From positions 1-10,761 of the forward strand of contig JBDGRK010000029.1 in assembly GCA_042218075.1 (NCBI GenBank): a stretch of DNA of 10,761 nt, written 5' to 3'. Of the stretch, positions 1-7,735 are shown one piece after another. Made by a program: the position numbers and the translations under genes. The notes beneath the pieces were generated by a model. That model was not told where the DNA came from, made no database searches, and worked only from the letters and a program-made list of their open reading frames with translations. The first letter of the stretch is position 1. Every line of letters starts with the position of its first letter. The stretch comes from Candidatus Nanohaloarchaea archaeon. GTDB lineage: Archaea; Nanohalarchaeota; Nanosalinia; Nanosalinales; Nanosalinaceae.

Positions 1-1102
1 CGAGTGTTAGAGGCACTTCAATCCTTTCACCATCTCTTATCACTTCCAGGGTAACCGTTTCCCCGACCTCAGTCTCCCGGGAGAGGTAAAGAAGTATGTC
101 GCTTATACCTCTCACTTTCTCATCGTTTATACCGACAATCACATCGCCGCCTATGTTCAGCTCCCTTCCATTCACTTCCACGGTTCTCTCCCCCGCCTGG
201 AGCCCTGCCCTGTCAGCCGGCGAATCTTCCACCACGCTGACAACGAGAAAACCTGTAGTGTTCTTGAGATTCATCCTCTCAGCTATCTCCGGGTTTACAT
301 CGATACCGGAGACGCCTATCCAGGGATGCCTGTTTTCCCCATTCTTGATCAGCGATGGAACCACGTTCTTCACAGTATTTGAGGGAATCGCGAAGCCCAC
401 GCCGGAGAAAGTCCCTGATCTCGACTCTATGGCTGTATTGACTCCGATAATCTCTCCCTGGAGGTTCAGTAGAGGTCCACCGGAGTTGCCCGGGTTGATT
501 GCTGCGTCTGTCTGTATCACATTCGGGGTCGAAAACTGTCCCTGCGTCCTCAAAGTCCTTCCTTTCTGCGAGACAATCCCCGAAGTCATGGAGCTTCTAA
601 GGCCGAAAGGATTTCCTATTGCCACAGCTCTCTGACCGACTTCTACCTTTGAAGAGTCCGCGAGCTGGAGAGGCTCAAGATCTTTCCTGTTCACCTTCAG
701 GACCGCCAGATCGGTGTATGGATCCGTTCCAACTACTCTCGCACGATAGGTTGAACCGTCGAGGAAGCCTACTTCGACCCTTGATGCGCCGGATACAACA
801 TGTTCATTAGTGACAATATAGCCGTCGCTCCTGTAGACGAAGCCCGAAGCCTGCGCCTGCTTGTTCCCGTACGCGTTTACAGAAACCACGGACTGGTCCG
901 CGTAGTTGAAGAGATCCGTCAGCACCTGCTCCCTCGTGTAGTTTATACTTACAGAGTTCTCCCCAAACTTGAAATTCTGCACTTTCTGCTCAAGATTCGT
1001 GACTCTCTGGTCCATGTAGCTGAAGGTAACCGCTGAACCTGCGAAAGATCCTGCAAGCAGAAAAACAAGGGAGGCAGCGACCAGCCTTGAGTCTATCTCC
1101 AT
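1..1102 (-). CDS. htrA: HtrA/DegP-family (S1C) trypsin-like serine protease with N-terminal membrane anchor and C-terminal PDZ domain; 3' end runs off the window
   Basis: Manual translation from ATG at 1102 (not in the ORF track because there is no stop in the window): MEIDSRLVAASLVFLLAGSFAGSAVTFSY (TM)...GYIVTNEHVV (His)...DPYTDLAVLKV (Asp)...AIGNPFGL...IQTDAAINPGNSGGPLLN (Ser)...HPWIGV...DSPADRAGLQAG...GDVIVGIN (PDZ). Confidence 0.95.
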   Translation of the reverse strand, partial: MEIDSRLVAASLVFLLAGSFAGSAVTFSYMDQRVTNLEQKVQNFKFGENSVSINYTREQVLTDLFNYADQSVVSVNAYGNKQAQASGFVYRSDGYIVTNEHVVSGASRVEVGFLDGSTYRARVVGTDPYTDLAVLKVNRKDLEPLQLADSSKVEVGQRAVAIGNPFGLRSSMTSGIVSQKGRTLRTQGQFSTPNVIQTDAAINPGNSGGPLLNLQGEIIGVNTAIESRSGTFSGVGFAIPSNTVKNVVPSLIKNGENRHPWIGVSGIDVNPEIAERMNLKNTTGFLVVSVVEDSPADRAGLQAGERTVEVNGRELNIGGDVIVGINDEKVRGISDILLYLSRETEVGETVTLEVIRDGERIEVPLTL

Positions 1103-1120
1103 AGCTGCAAATTAAAGCTG

Positions 1121-1132
1121 AAAGTTTTATAC
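1121..1132. promoter_or_regulatory. Probable bidirectional TATA element between htrA and the divergent membrane-protein gene
   Basis: AAAG-TTTTATA on + (BRE-TATA-like) reads TATAAAA on -. It lies about 22-28 bp from both the htrA ATG (1102) and the TTG/GTG starts at 1147/1153. Confidence 0.5.
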
Positions 1133-1146
1133 TCAACGAAGAAAGC

Positions 1147-1506
1147 TTGGATGTGAAAAAGTATCTTTTCGAGGCAACTCCCCTTGGAAAAGCGGATAAA
1201 GAGGTAAGAGAGTTTCTCCAGGACAACCTGACTGATGAGGAAATGAAGAAATACAGGACCGCGCTGAACCATTACCGCCAGCTGAAAATAGTTCAGGGAA
1301 CGCTAAAGCTGCTTCTCTACGCCTCAATTGTGACCTCTGTTTTCGCGACCGTGGGACTTAAAGAGGCCCAGATACTGCAGAAGATCGCGTCCTACCTTGG
1401 AACAACCTTCCTGTTCCTTCTTTACGCAGTTGTGAGCTACATCACGATGATAAGGAGGGAGAACTACCACGTCCAGCGAGAGATACTGATCGCGAGGGCG
1501 TCGTGA
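1147..1506 (+). CDS. Hypothetical membrane protein with 2 predicted TM helices (start may be GTG at 1153)
   Basis: Soluble N-terminus followed by hydrophobic segments LLLYASIVTSVFATVGL and YLGTTFLFLLYAVVSYITMI; fills the gap between genes; TATA upstream. Confidence 0.75.
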   Translation: MDVKKYLFEATPLGKADKEVREFLQDNLTDEEMKKYRTALNHYRQLKIVQGTLKLLLYASIVTSVFATVGLKEAQILQKIASYLGTTFLFLLYAVVSYITMIRRENYHVQREILIARAS

Positions 1507-1540
1507 AAAAACTTTAACTGTAGAGTCGCAAGTGAAGGTT

Positions 1541-2650
1541 ATGGCTCGTTCAAGCAGCGAATTACCTTGGTGGGCTAGAGCCCTCGGGATATTCCCATTT
1601 TTGGACAAGATAGTGGGCAAGGCATACCCCGACCACGGAAAAAAGATGGCTGAGTACAGGGAGGAGCTGGAGGAGCTCAGGCAGGAAGAGGAAACTGTAG
1701 AGGAGGAAGAGGAGAAGGAGCTAAGTGAGGAAAGGAAGCTGATGAAGAAGTACAGAGAGGGGAAGATAAGCCTTGAAACTCTTCATAAGGAGCTGAAAAA
1801 GCTGGAGGAAGAGGAGGAACAGGAAATCAAACAGATAGAGCAGATTGAAAAGCGGATGGAGGAGCTGATGCAGGATCTCGATGAGAACGAGATAACACGA
1901 ATAAAGAAGGAAGAAGACGAGATAATGGAGATGGAGGAAGAGGATTCACAGGAACTGGATACGATTCTGAGGGACTCTGAAAACTTCCTCGCAGACATAG
2001 ATAAACTGGTGAAAGGAAGTGGAAAGCCCCCGAACCAGATCGCTAGAGAGGCCTCACAGTACAGGAAAGATCTTAAGGAATTTGAAGAAATCCTGAAGCG
2101 GGAAGCCCAGACCGCAGAAGAGATGAATGATGCTCTTACCAGATTGAGGGCGACCAAGGAATTCCTGGAAGAATTGACTCAGTTGGTAAGTGAACTTGAG
2201 CACATTGAAGAGGGAGAAGAGGTGACGGAGGAAAACCTGGAGGAGATAGTTCAAAATATTCCAGAGGATTCACAAGGTTTCAAGCAGCAAATTTCCAGTT
2301 TGCTTAAGGGTATCGAAGAGGAAGAGCAGAAAACTGAGTACGAACTCCAGGAAATAGTGGAGAAAAGGGAGGAGATGAAGCAAAAGTTGGATGCGGAAAT
2401 AGACAGGATAGAGGAAGAAAGAGAAGAAGCCCTAAACGAGATGCAGGAGATAAAGGAGATACTTGAAGACCTTAGCCAGGAAGACGGGGAAATCAAGCAG
2501 TTCATCAGGAACAACAAGACGCAGGCAAGATCGGGTAGTGCCCTGGGCCAGTTAATCAGTACACTGGAAGAATTGGATGAAAACATCCAGACACTGATTG
2601 AAGAAGGTCAAAATGTGCTTGATGAGTTGAGAAGAGATGTATCTGCATGA
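1541..2650 (+). CDS. Acidic coiled-coil protein with a short N-terminal amphipathic/hydrophobic segment
   Basis: 369 aa from ATG 1541; AAAAACTTTAA promoter-like element at about 1506-1517 favours this start over GTG 1532. LPWWARALGIFPFLDKIVG is followed by a Glu/Lys/Leu-rich heptad-like sequence. No Walker motifs. Confidence 0.85.
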   Translation: MARSSSELPWWARALGIFPFLDKIVGKAYPDHGKKMAEYREELEELRQEEETVEEEEEKELSEERKLMKKYREGKISLETLHKELKKLEEEEEQEIKQIEQIEKRMEELMQDLDENEITRIKKEEDEIMEMEEEDSQELDTILRDSENFLADIDKLVKGSGKPPNQIAREASQYRKDLKEFEEILKREAQTAEEMNDALTRLRATKEFLEELTQLVSELEHIEEGEEVTEENLEEIVQNIPEDSQGFKQQISSLLKGIEEEEQKTEYELQEIVEKREEMKQKLDAEIDRIEEEREEALNEMQEIKEILEDLSQEDGEIKQFIRNNKTQARSGSALGQLISTLEELDENIQTLIEEGQNVLDELRRDVSA

Positions 2651-2994
2651 AGAGAAGTCTGAGTAATAGTGAAATCCTTCTGATTCTACTTTCACTGGTA
2701 ACAGGGATTATCCATGTCTGGGTAGGCTACCTCTCGCTCTCGAATACTCTCATTCTGGCAGGCATCGGGTTTCTGGTAGGCCTCTACCTTTTTGTCGTGA
2801 TGGAGAAGTTCCGGACCGTGATCGTCTCTCTATCTATACCGTATACCCTTTCCCAGATCTACTTCGCCTACCAGAGCTACGGTTTTAACCCGACCCAACT
2901 CGTAATAATTGACAAGATAATCCAGCTAGCCTTGATACTCACAGCAATATACTACCTTTCCCGGAACAGTATCGAATTCATGAATGCTCGCTGA
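2647..2994 (+). CDS. Small 4-TM membrane protein of a haloarchaeal hypothetical type
   Basis: ATGA overlap with the upstream gene; four hydrophobic segments with LVTGIIH, LAGIGF, IPYTLSQI and IDKIIQ motifs. Confidence 0.8.
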   Translation: MKRSLSNSEILLILLSLVTGIIHVWVGYLSLSNTLILAGIGFLVGLYLFVVMEKFRTVIVSLSIPYTLSQIYFAYQSYGFNPTQLVIIDKIIQLALILTAIYYLSRNSIEFMNAR

Positions 2995-3244
2995 CTGATT
3001 CTATCAGTTGGTGGAAAAGCTCCTGGTTCAGGGAGTAAATCCTCCTGTTACCCTGCTTCTTCCTCTCCACGATGCCCACTTCATTCAGCTTCTTGAGGTG
3101 GTGGGAGACGCAGCTCTGTCCGCACTCCGCGATCTCGGTAAGTTCGGAGACGGATCTATCGTCTTCCTCCAGCTCGAAAAGTATCTTCATCCTTGCCTGC
3201 TGGGAGAGCACCTGGAAGAACTCGGCGTATTCATACTCGTCCAT
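2978..3244 (-). CDS. ArsR/SmtB-family transcriptional repressor
   Basis: FQVLSQQARMKIL...SVSEL...QSCVSHHLKKLNEVGIVERKKQGNRRIYSL is the classic ArsR wHTH pattern; two Cys (ECGQSC) lie in the HTH. Confidence 0.93.
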   Translation of the reverse strand: MDEYEYAEFFQVLSQQARMKILFELEEDDRSVSELTEIAECGQSCVSHHLKKLNEVGIVERKKQGNRRIYSLNQELFHQLIESVSEHS

Positions 3245-3272
3245 ATTGATAGATATCCATATAGTTTATAAA
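3243..3272. promoter_or_regulatory. Candidate ArsR operator (imperfect 9-2-9 inverted repeat) next to a palindromic TATA box
   Basis: ATATtGATA-GA-TATCcATAT at 3243-3262 (8/9 pairs) overlaps the arsR start codon. TTTATAAA at 3265-3272 reads the same on both strands. Confidence 0.65.
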
Positions 3273-3309
3273 TATCTTTGCCCATCTTCGATACAAGAGG
3301 TGATACCAA

Positions 3310-3627
3310 ATGGAGAACCTTTCAACCGAGGATTTCGAAGACATGAAAAACCGTGAAGACTTTGTGCTGATAGATGTGCTTTCCAGGGAGCAGTTCGAGG
3401 ACGGTCACATCCCGGGAGCGATCAATATACCCTACGATCAGGTCGGAGACATCGTCGAGAAACTGCTGACTCACGACCAGAACATCGTGGTCTACTGCGC
3501 CAGCGAGGGATGCGGGGCGAGTGAAACGGCGGCCGAGAAACTTGAAGACCTTGGATTCAGCAACGTCATGGACTACGAGGCCGGCAAGCAAGGGTGGCAG
3601 GAAGCGGGACACGAACTGGAGGCCTGA
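3310..3627 (+). CDS. Single-domain rhodanese-like sulfurtransferase
   Basis: LIDV...F..GHIPGAINIP and VVYCASEGCGAS (active-site Cys loop), then LGFSNV..YEAGKQGW. SD GAGGTGA at 3297-3303. Confidence 0.93.
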   Translation: MENLSTEDFEDMKNREDFVLIDVLSREQFEDGHIPGAINIPYDQVGDIVEKLLTHDQNIVVYCASEGCGASETAAEKLEDLGFSNVMDYEAGKQGWQEAGHELEA

Positions 3628-3662
3628 TTCCTCCAGTCTTCAACTTTTTACATGACTCGGCT

Positions 3663-4088
3663 TCACTCCCAGCTGAAGCTCTCTTCTATCTCGGTCTTCA
3701 CCGACCTGTGGATGAAGCAGTTCTTCATAGCTGCCTCTCTCACTTCCTCCGCCTTCTCCTCATCGGCGATACCTTTCAAAACGACATCGACCTCCGCCTT
3801 ATCAACTATAGGCCTTGAATCCTTTCCCCGGTCAAGTACAGCCCTGGAACTTGATTCAATGGTTTCAAACTCAAGGTTTTTCCTCTCTGCTATCGTCTTG
3901 AAGGTGGCGACAATGCAGTTTTCAATGGAGGAAAGGAAAAGATCTTCAGGCGTCGCCAGACTGTCAACTCCGCCGAACTCCTCTGGAACTGAAACATCCA
4001 GGCTCTGATCGGATATACCGGCTTCCCAGCTATCCTCTCCTTTCGAAGCTTCGGTCGCCGAGAAGAACTCCAGCGGATAATCCACCAT
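3663..4088 (-). CDS. OsmC/Ohr-superfamily protein (paralogue A)
   Basis: VPEEFGG...TPEDLF...ENC(58)IVATF...KNC(124)FIHRSV; both family Cys are present. Confidence 0.9.
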   Translation of the reverse strand: MVDYPLEFFSATEASKGEDSWEAGISDQSLDVSVPEEFGGVDSLATPEDLFLSSIENCIVATFKTIAERKNLEFETIESSSRAVLDRGKDSRPIVDKAEVDVVLKGIADEEKAEEVREAAMKNCFIHRSVKTEIEESFSWE

Positions 4089-4114
4089 GAAATTAGTTTA
4101 CACATACGGGAATA

Positions 4115-6232
4115 TCAATCTTTACAGTACCAGGAAGATCTGAGTGAAACTTCCTCAGGCCCTTCAACCCTCTCCCTTATTTCATTTCTGTCAAGACCCA
4201 TGGGAGACAGGATCGACTCTGCGGCCCTGATCAGCTTAGTGACGTAGAAATCAGGATCGTATCTCCCTTCCGTCTCGAACTCCAGCCTCACCCTGTCTCC
4301 AGGTTCCGCATCATCCTCCCTCACCACATACCTGACTTTCTGGCCCGGCCTCACATCAAGACCGTTAATCTCGGCTCTCTTCAGCGCGGAATAGTTCCTG
4401 TTCTTCACCTGGTACTGCTCCAGTTTTTTGCTGACATTCTTCTCAATGATAAGATCAGAAGGATCAACGCCTCCAGACTCCAGCTTCTCGATACAGGATT
4501 CAAGAAGCTCCAGAACTTCCTCAACTGATCTTTTCTCATCGTACCTCTCAATCATCTCCATCTGGCATTCCTTCACATAATCACAGGCGGAGTGCTGCTC
4601 CACCTCGATGCCCGCCGTCTTGATCCCTCCTCCTTTCTTCCTCCCGAAGTAGCGGTTGAGCGTTCCTATACTCGCCTCTTTGGATGCTCTAGGAACGAAA
4701 GCCACCCATTCAAACTCGTGCTCCAGTTCCAGCTTGATGCCTATCTCATCCGATATCTCCCTGCGCACCTCGCTGATCGGATTCGCACCTTCCCTCCCCT
4801 GAACCCACAGACTGTCGACTATGCCGTGGACGATACCGTAGCCGTTCTCATCGAAGATATCGGCTGTTTTGCTCATTATCTTACGATCAAATGCCTGTAT
4901 CGCCTGGTGGCACTCTATAGCGCCGTAGGAGGCGTGTGCGTGACCCATGTAGCCGAAGCAGGAGACCAGCAGCCACTTTATCGCGTCGATACTTCCCTGT
5001 ACATACTTCCTCTCCTCCTTATTCTCGATCTCTTCCACCCTCTCCTTCATCTCCTGTCGATCATCCACAAGCGGCGCCAGAACTTCGGAAATAAAGCCCT
5101 GACTCTGCTCGCATATGCTGTAGTCAAGTTCCGGGACCCTGGAGTTGTCGCAGCAATCGCAGCAGACGGTCTCCGGCGAGATGTTCTTCTCCACCATGAT
5201 GCTGGGGAAGAGAGAGGCGAAGTCCGCCTCGAAGACGTTCTCGTGGATTCCTGGCTCAGGGTTGAATATGTATCCTCCTCGATCCGCATCATGTAGGGTC
5301 TCCATCGACTTGAAGTTCTCGCCGCTCCAGTTCTTCCAGGAGGTCAGGGTATCCTTCTCAAGGTAGGCCTTCCTGATCTCTATGGCGGTGAGAAGTCTGC
5401 CTATCGACCCCCAGGCAAGCTCCTGCAGAGGCTTCCAGCTCCTCCTCACCAGATCCCAGAGACCTTCAACCGTGGCCTCCCCGAGAAGAAAGCTGTTGGA
5501 CTCGTCTATCACTATTCGGCCGGGAACGTTGAACCTTGCGGATGAGTGCACCGTCTTGCCGTAGCTCTGGACCGTGTTCTCGGAAGCAAGCTTCTCGAAG
5601 CCTTCCAGCCTTCCGAACGAGTAATCCAGGCCGTATTCCCGGATCTTTTCCTCGATTAGGGGAAGCAGCTGTCCTCTACTGACGTAGAGTATGTCGGGAT
5701 CCTTCTGCTCCAGCTCACTGACAAGAAGCTCCAGTACCTCCCGCCCTGACCCCGCGACTTTCTCGCCATCAACCCTGAGACCGGACAGATCCGAGTCCGC
5801 GATCGACTTCCTGTGGAGGCTGAGCCTCATCTCCTCCAGCCTTGAGAGATCATCCGGTACCGGCTCGATCCTGTTCTGGAGGCAGTACCTGAACTGCCTT
5901 GATAGAGATACGTTATAGAAGCGGAACTTCTGGCGGGGAAAACCCGAGATTATCCTGTGGGCTATCTTACTGACCCTATCGGGCCTGGAAACATCAACCC
6001 TGACAACTTTACTCTTCTCTCTATCTTCCAGCGAGGTAAACCACTCCTCGAAACAGGTGGATTCAACCCCTCTCTTCCGGGAGAGCCAGGCCCGGAGCTC
6101 CAGAAGATCTTTGCTGGAACCACCTATGTAGAAGCGTGGGCTGTAGCTTTCATCGACTTTCCGCACTACCTCCTCTCCCTGCCTGCTCCAGAGAAACGCT
6201 TTACCGTTCCTGAAGTCGATCTTGAATACCAT
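4115..6232 (-). CDS. polB2: Family B DNA polymerase of the archaeal PolB2 (Dpo2-like) group
   Basis: Motif A ADFASLFPSIM, motif B KWLLVSCFGYMG, motif C HGIVDSLWV (canonical YGDTDS), C-terminal VRPGQKVRYVV and YDPDFY. No recognisable Exo I-III carboxylate motifs. The ATG at 6232 overlaps the upstream stop (TGATG). Confidence 0.92.
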   Translation of the reverse strand: MVFKIDFRNGKAFLWSRQGEEVVRKVDESYSPRFYIGGSSKDLLELRAWLSRKRGVESTCFEEWFTSLEDREKSKVVRVDVSRPDRVSKIAHRIISGFPRQKFRFYNVSLSRQFRYCLQNRIEPVPDDLSRLEEMRLSLHRKSIADSDLSGLRVDGEKVAGSGREVLELLVSELEQKDPDILYVSRGQLLPLIEEKIREYGLDYSFGRLEGFEKLASENTVQSYGKTVHSSARFNVPGRIVIDESNSFLLGEATVEGLWDLVRRSWKPLQELAWGSIGRLLTAIEIRKAYLEKDTLTSWKNWSGENFKSMETLHDADRGGYIFNPEPGIHENVFEADFASLFPSIMVEKNISPETVCCDCCDNSRVPELDYSICEQSQGFISEVLAPLVDDRQEMKERVEEIENKEERKYVQGSIDAIKWLLVSCFGYMGHAHASYGAIECHQAIQAFDRKIMSKTADIFDENGYGIVHGIVDSLWVQGREGANPISEVRREISDEIGIKLELEHEFEWVAFVPRASKEASIGTLNRYFGRKKGGGIKTAGIEVEQHSACDYVKECQMEMIERYDEKRSVEEVLELLESCIEKLESGGVDPSDLIIEKNVSKKLEQYQVKNRNYSALKRAEINGLDVRPGQKVRYVVREDDAEPGDRVRLEFETEGRYDPDFYVTKLIRAAESILSPMGLDRNEIRERVEGPEEVSLRSSWYCKD

Positions 6233-6483
6233 CAATCCTCCAGCTCCTCAACCCTCTCCTCGAGCTCGTTCAGCTGTTTCTGAAGGCCGAGGAGTATTGA
6301 CAGGAAGGCCGGCATTCCCGGGCTCGTGGAGTTCAGCTGTGAGGCGGCGTGCGCACTGCTGTAGGCTTTTTCCTCGAGATCGGTGAAGTGTTCTTCATCG
6401 GACCTGAGCTCCTTCCTGAACGATCTTAGCTGTTCAAAGAACTGCTCCAGGTGCTGCCTGTAGGTCCTGTTCGTTCTTCCCAA
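6232..6483 (-). CDS. Small PolB2-associated helical protein (arCOG07300-like), 83 aa, TTG start
   Basis: SD GGAGGTG 7 nt before TTG at 6483 gives MGRTNRTYRQHLEQFFEQLRSFRKELR...PAFLSILL. This matches, from memory, the MGRTxPT/S...FRRALR family encoded next to polB2. Confidence 0.85.
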   Translation of the reverse strand: MGRTNRTYRQHLEQFFEQLRSFRKELRSDEEHFTDLEEKAYSSAHAASQLNSTSPGMPAFLSILLGLQKQLNELEERVEELED

Positions 6484-7135
6484 CGATTTCCACCTCCCCT
6501 TTGAAAGTGGAATTCGTGAAGAGCGGTACAGTGGTCTGGATTTTGCCGTTCGAGCGGTAAATCTGGGAGCTGAATCCCTCTGACTCAAACTTGAGGCCCT
6601 GGCAGGTCTTTTCAGCTTCAACGGTCTTTTCAGCCCTGGCCCTGATCCTGAATTCCAGGCTGCCGGGAACCCTGTCCGATAGAGAGGTCAATACTTTCAG
6701 GCCGTATTCCGCCGCGTACCTATCGATCCTCTGCATCATTTCTCCAAAAAGATCTTCGCGTTCCTTCTCCTTCAGCTGATCCTCGTACATCAGGTTTATC
6801 GATGGCATCACCATCACCTCCGCATCCTCCAGGAATTCTTCTGCCTCCATAACTGATGTGTAGTGCTGGTAGGGCGTGTAGCTCCTTGAGACCATTATAT
6901 CCCGGAGAAAGTTCTCTCCCCCGACTCGAGACATCCTGAATGTGGATGCCTGGTCTCCCTGGTCGATCCAGAATGCCTTGCCACTCGAAAGCTCCCTGGA
7001 TAGAAGTATCTGGAACACGGGAAGATCAGGGTCCGCCTCTACCAGGTTTATGCCTCTCTCAATTTGGGGCAGGGTCTGTACGAGCAGTTTTGATCCTGTT
7101 TCAGTCTTCCTGTCAAGTTCAAGCTCCGGGATCAT
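6434..7135 (-). CDS. Degenerate RadA/RecA-fold protein of the polB2 operon (start ATG 7135, alternatively GTG 7156)
   Basis: RecA-like order of motifs: LPQIERGINLVE (P-loop position lacks GxxxxGKT), AFWIDQG, IMVSRSYTPYQH, VMVMPSINLMY (Walker B Asp absent). First gene of the cassette. TTTAATTA about 26-33 bp upstream of ATG 7135. Confidence 0.8.
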   Translation of the reverse strand: MIPELELDRKTETGSKLLVQTLPQIERGINLVEADPDLPVFQILLSRELSSGKAFWIDQGDQASTFRMSRVGGENFLRDIMVSRSYTPYQHYTSVMEAEEFLEDAEVMVMPSINLMYEDQLKEKEREDLFGEMMQRIDRYAAEYGLKVLTSLSDRVPGSLEFRIRARAEKTVEAEKTCQGLKFESEGFSSQIYRSNGKIQTTVPLFTNSTFKGEVEIVGKNEQDLQAAPGAVL

Positions 7136-7232
7136 CGCGACGGGAATAGAATTCACATAATAATTAAATACTGCGACCGGGATGGAAGCTTCCGGGAGTT
7201 CCGGTAAACGGAAAGAAAATCGTTTGGAGAAT

Positions 7233-7658
7233 TCACTCCCAGCGGAATTCTTCCTCTATATCCGTCTTGACGGACCTGTGGATGAAGCAGTTCTTTATCG
7301 CGGCTTGCCTCACTTGATCTGCCTTGTCCTCGTTCTCAACTCCACTCACCTTCACCACTATTTGGGCTTCCTCAATCATGGGTCTTGAGTCCTCAGCTCT
7401 ATCAAGCACCGCATTTGACTCTGATTCTATAGAATCAAATTTCAGCTGCTTTCTCTCCGCTATTGTCTTGAAGGTGGCGACCACACAGTTCTCCAGTGCA
7501 GCCACAAAGATTTGCTCGGGCGATGCAGCAGTTTCTTCCCCTCCAAACTCTTCTGGAACTGAAACATCCAACTCTTCATCAGATAGCCTTGTTTCCCACC
7601 TTTTTTCTTCCTCGGTTGCTTTCGTCTCCGATTCAAATTCTAGCGGATACTTTACCAT
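7233..7658 (-). CDS. OsmC/Ohr-superfamily protein (paralogue B)
   Basis: Same 141-aa length as paralogue A, 86/141 identical by ungapped hand alignment; Cys58 and Cys124 retained. Confidence 0.9.
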   Translation of the reverse strand: MVKYPLEFESETKATEEEKRWETRLSDEELDVSVPEEFGGEETAASPEQIFVAALENCVVATFKTIAERKQLKFDSIESESNAVLDRAEDSRPMIEEAQIVVKVSGVENEDKADQVRQAAIKNCFIHRSVKTDIEEEFRWE

Positions 7659-7679
7659 AAAGAAGATTTGAAAGCAGGA

Positions 7680-7714
7680 ACTTAATCATTTCCGGACACA
7701 TGAAAGTTTTTAGA
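7680..7714. promoter_or_regulatory. Back-to-back BRE-TATA promoters for osmC-B (-) and the nitroreductase (+)
   Basis: GAAAG-TTTTTAGA at 7702-7714 lies about 22 bp before ATG 7736. On -, GGAAAT-GATTAAG lies about 22 bp before ATG 7658. Confidence 0.55.
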
Positions 7715-7735
7715 CTGAATAACCAATATTTCAGT

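Noticed and set aside
96-1036. Plus-strand ORFs 96..635, 619..810 and 800..1036
   Set aside because: Antisense shadows of htrA, which has a full catalytic triad on the - strand.
1783-2586. Ser-rich minus-strand ORFs
   Set aside because: Reverse complement of the Glu/Lys codons (GAR/AAR) of the coiled-coil gene.
4115-6232. PolB as a casposon/viral or replicative polymerase, or as intein-containing
   Set aside because: The motifs are PolB2-type, there is no Cas1, capsid gene or TIR nearby, and no intein motifs or extra length were seen.
4592-6283. Plus-strand ORFs inside polB2, including the 234-aa 4592..5296
   Set aside because: Antisense shadows with no motifs or expression signals.
6484-6621. 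N-terminal 46 aa of the tracked 129-aa ORF 6232..6621, or a programmed frameshift fusion with the RadA-like gene
   Set aside because: A strong SD (GGAGGTG) before TTG 6483 and the family-typical MGRT start explain the gene. The extension lies within the RadA-like CDS in another frame.
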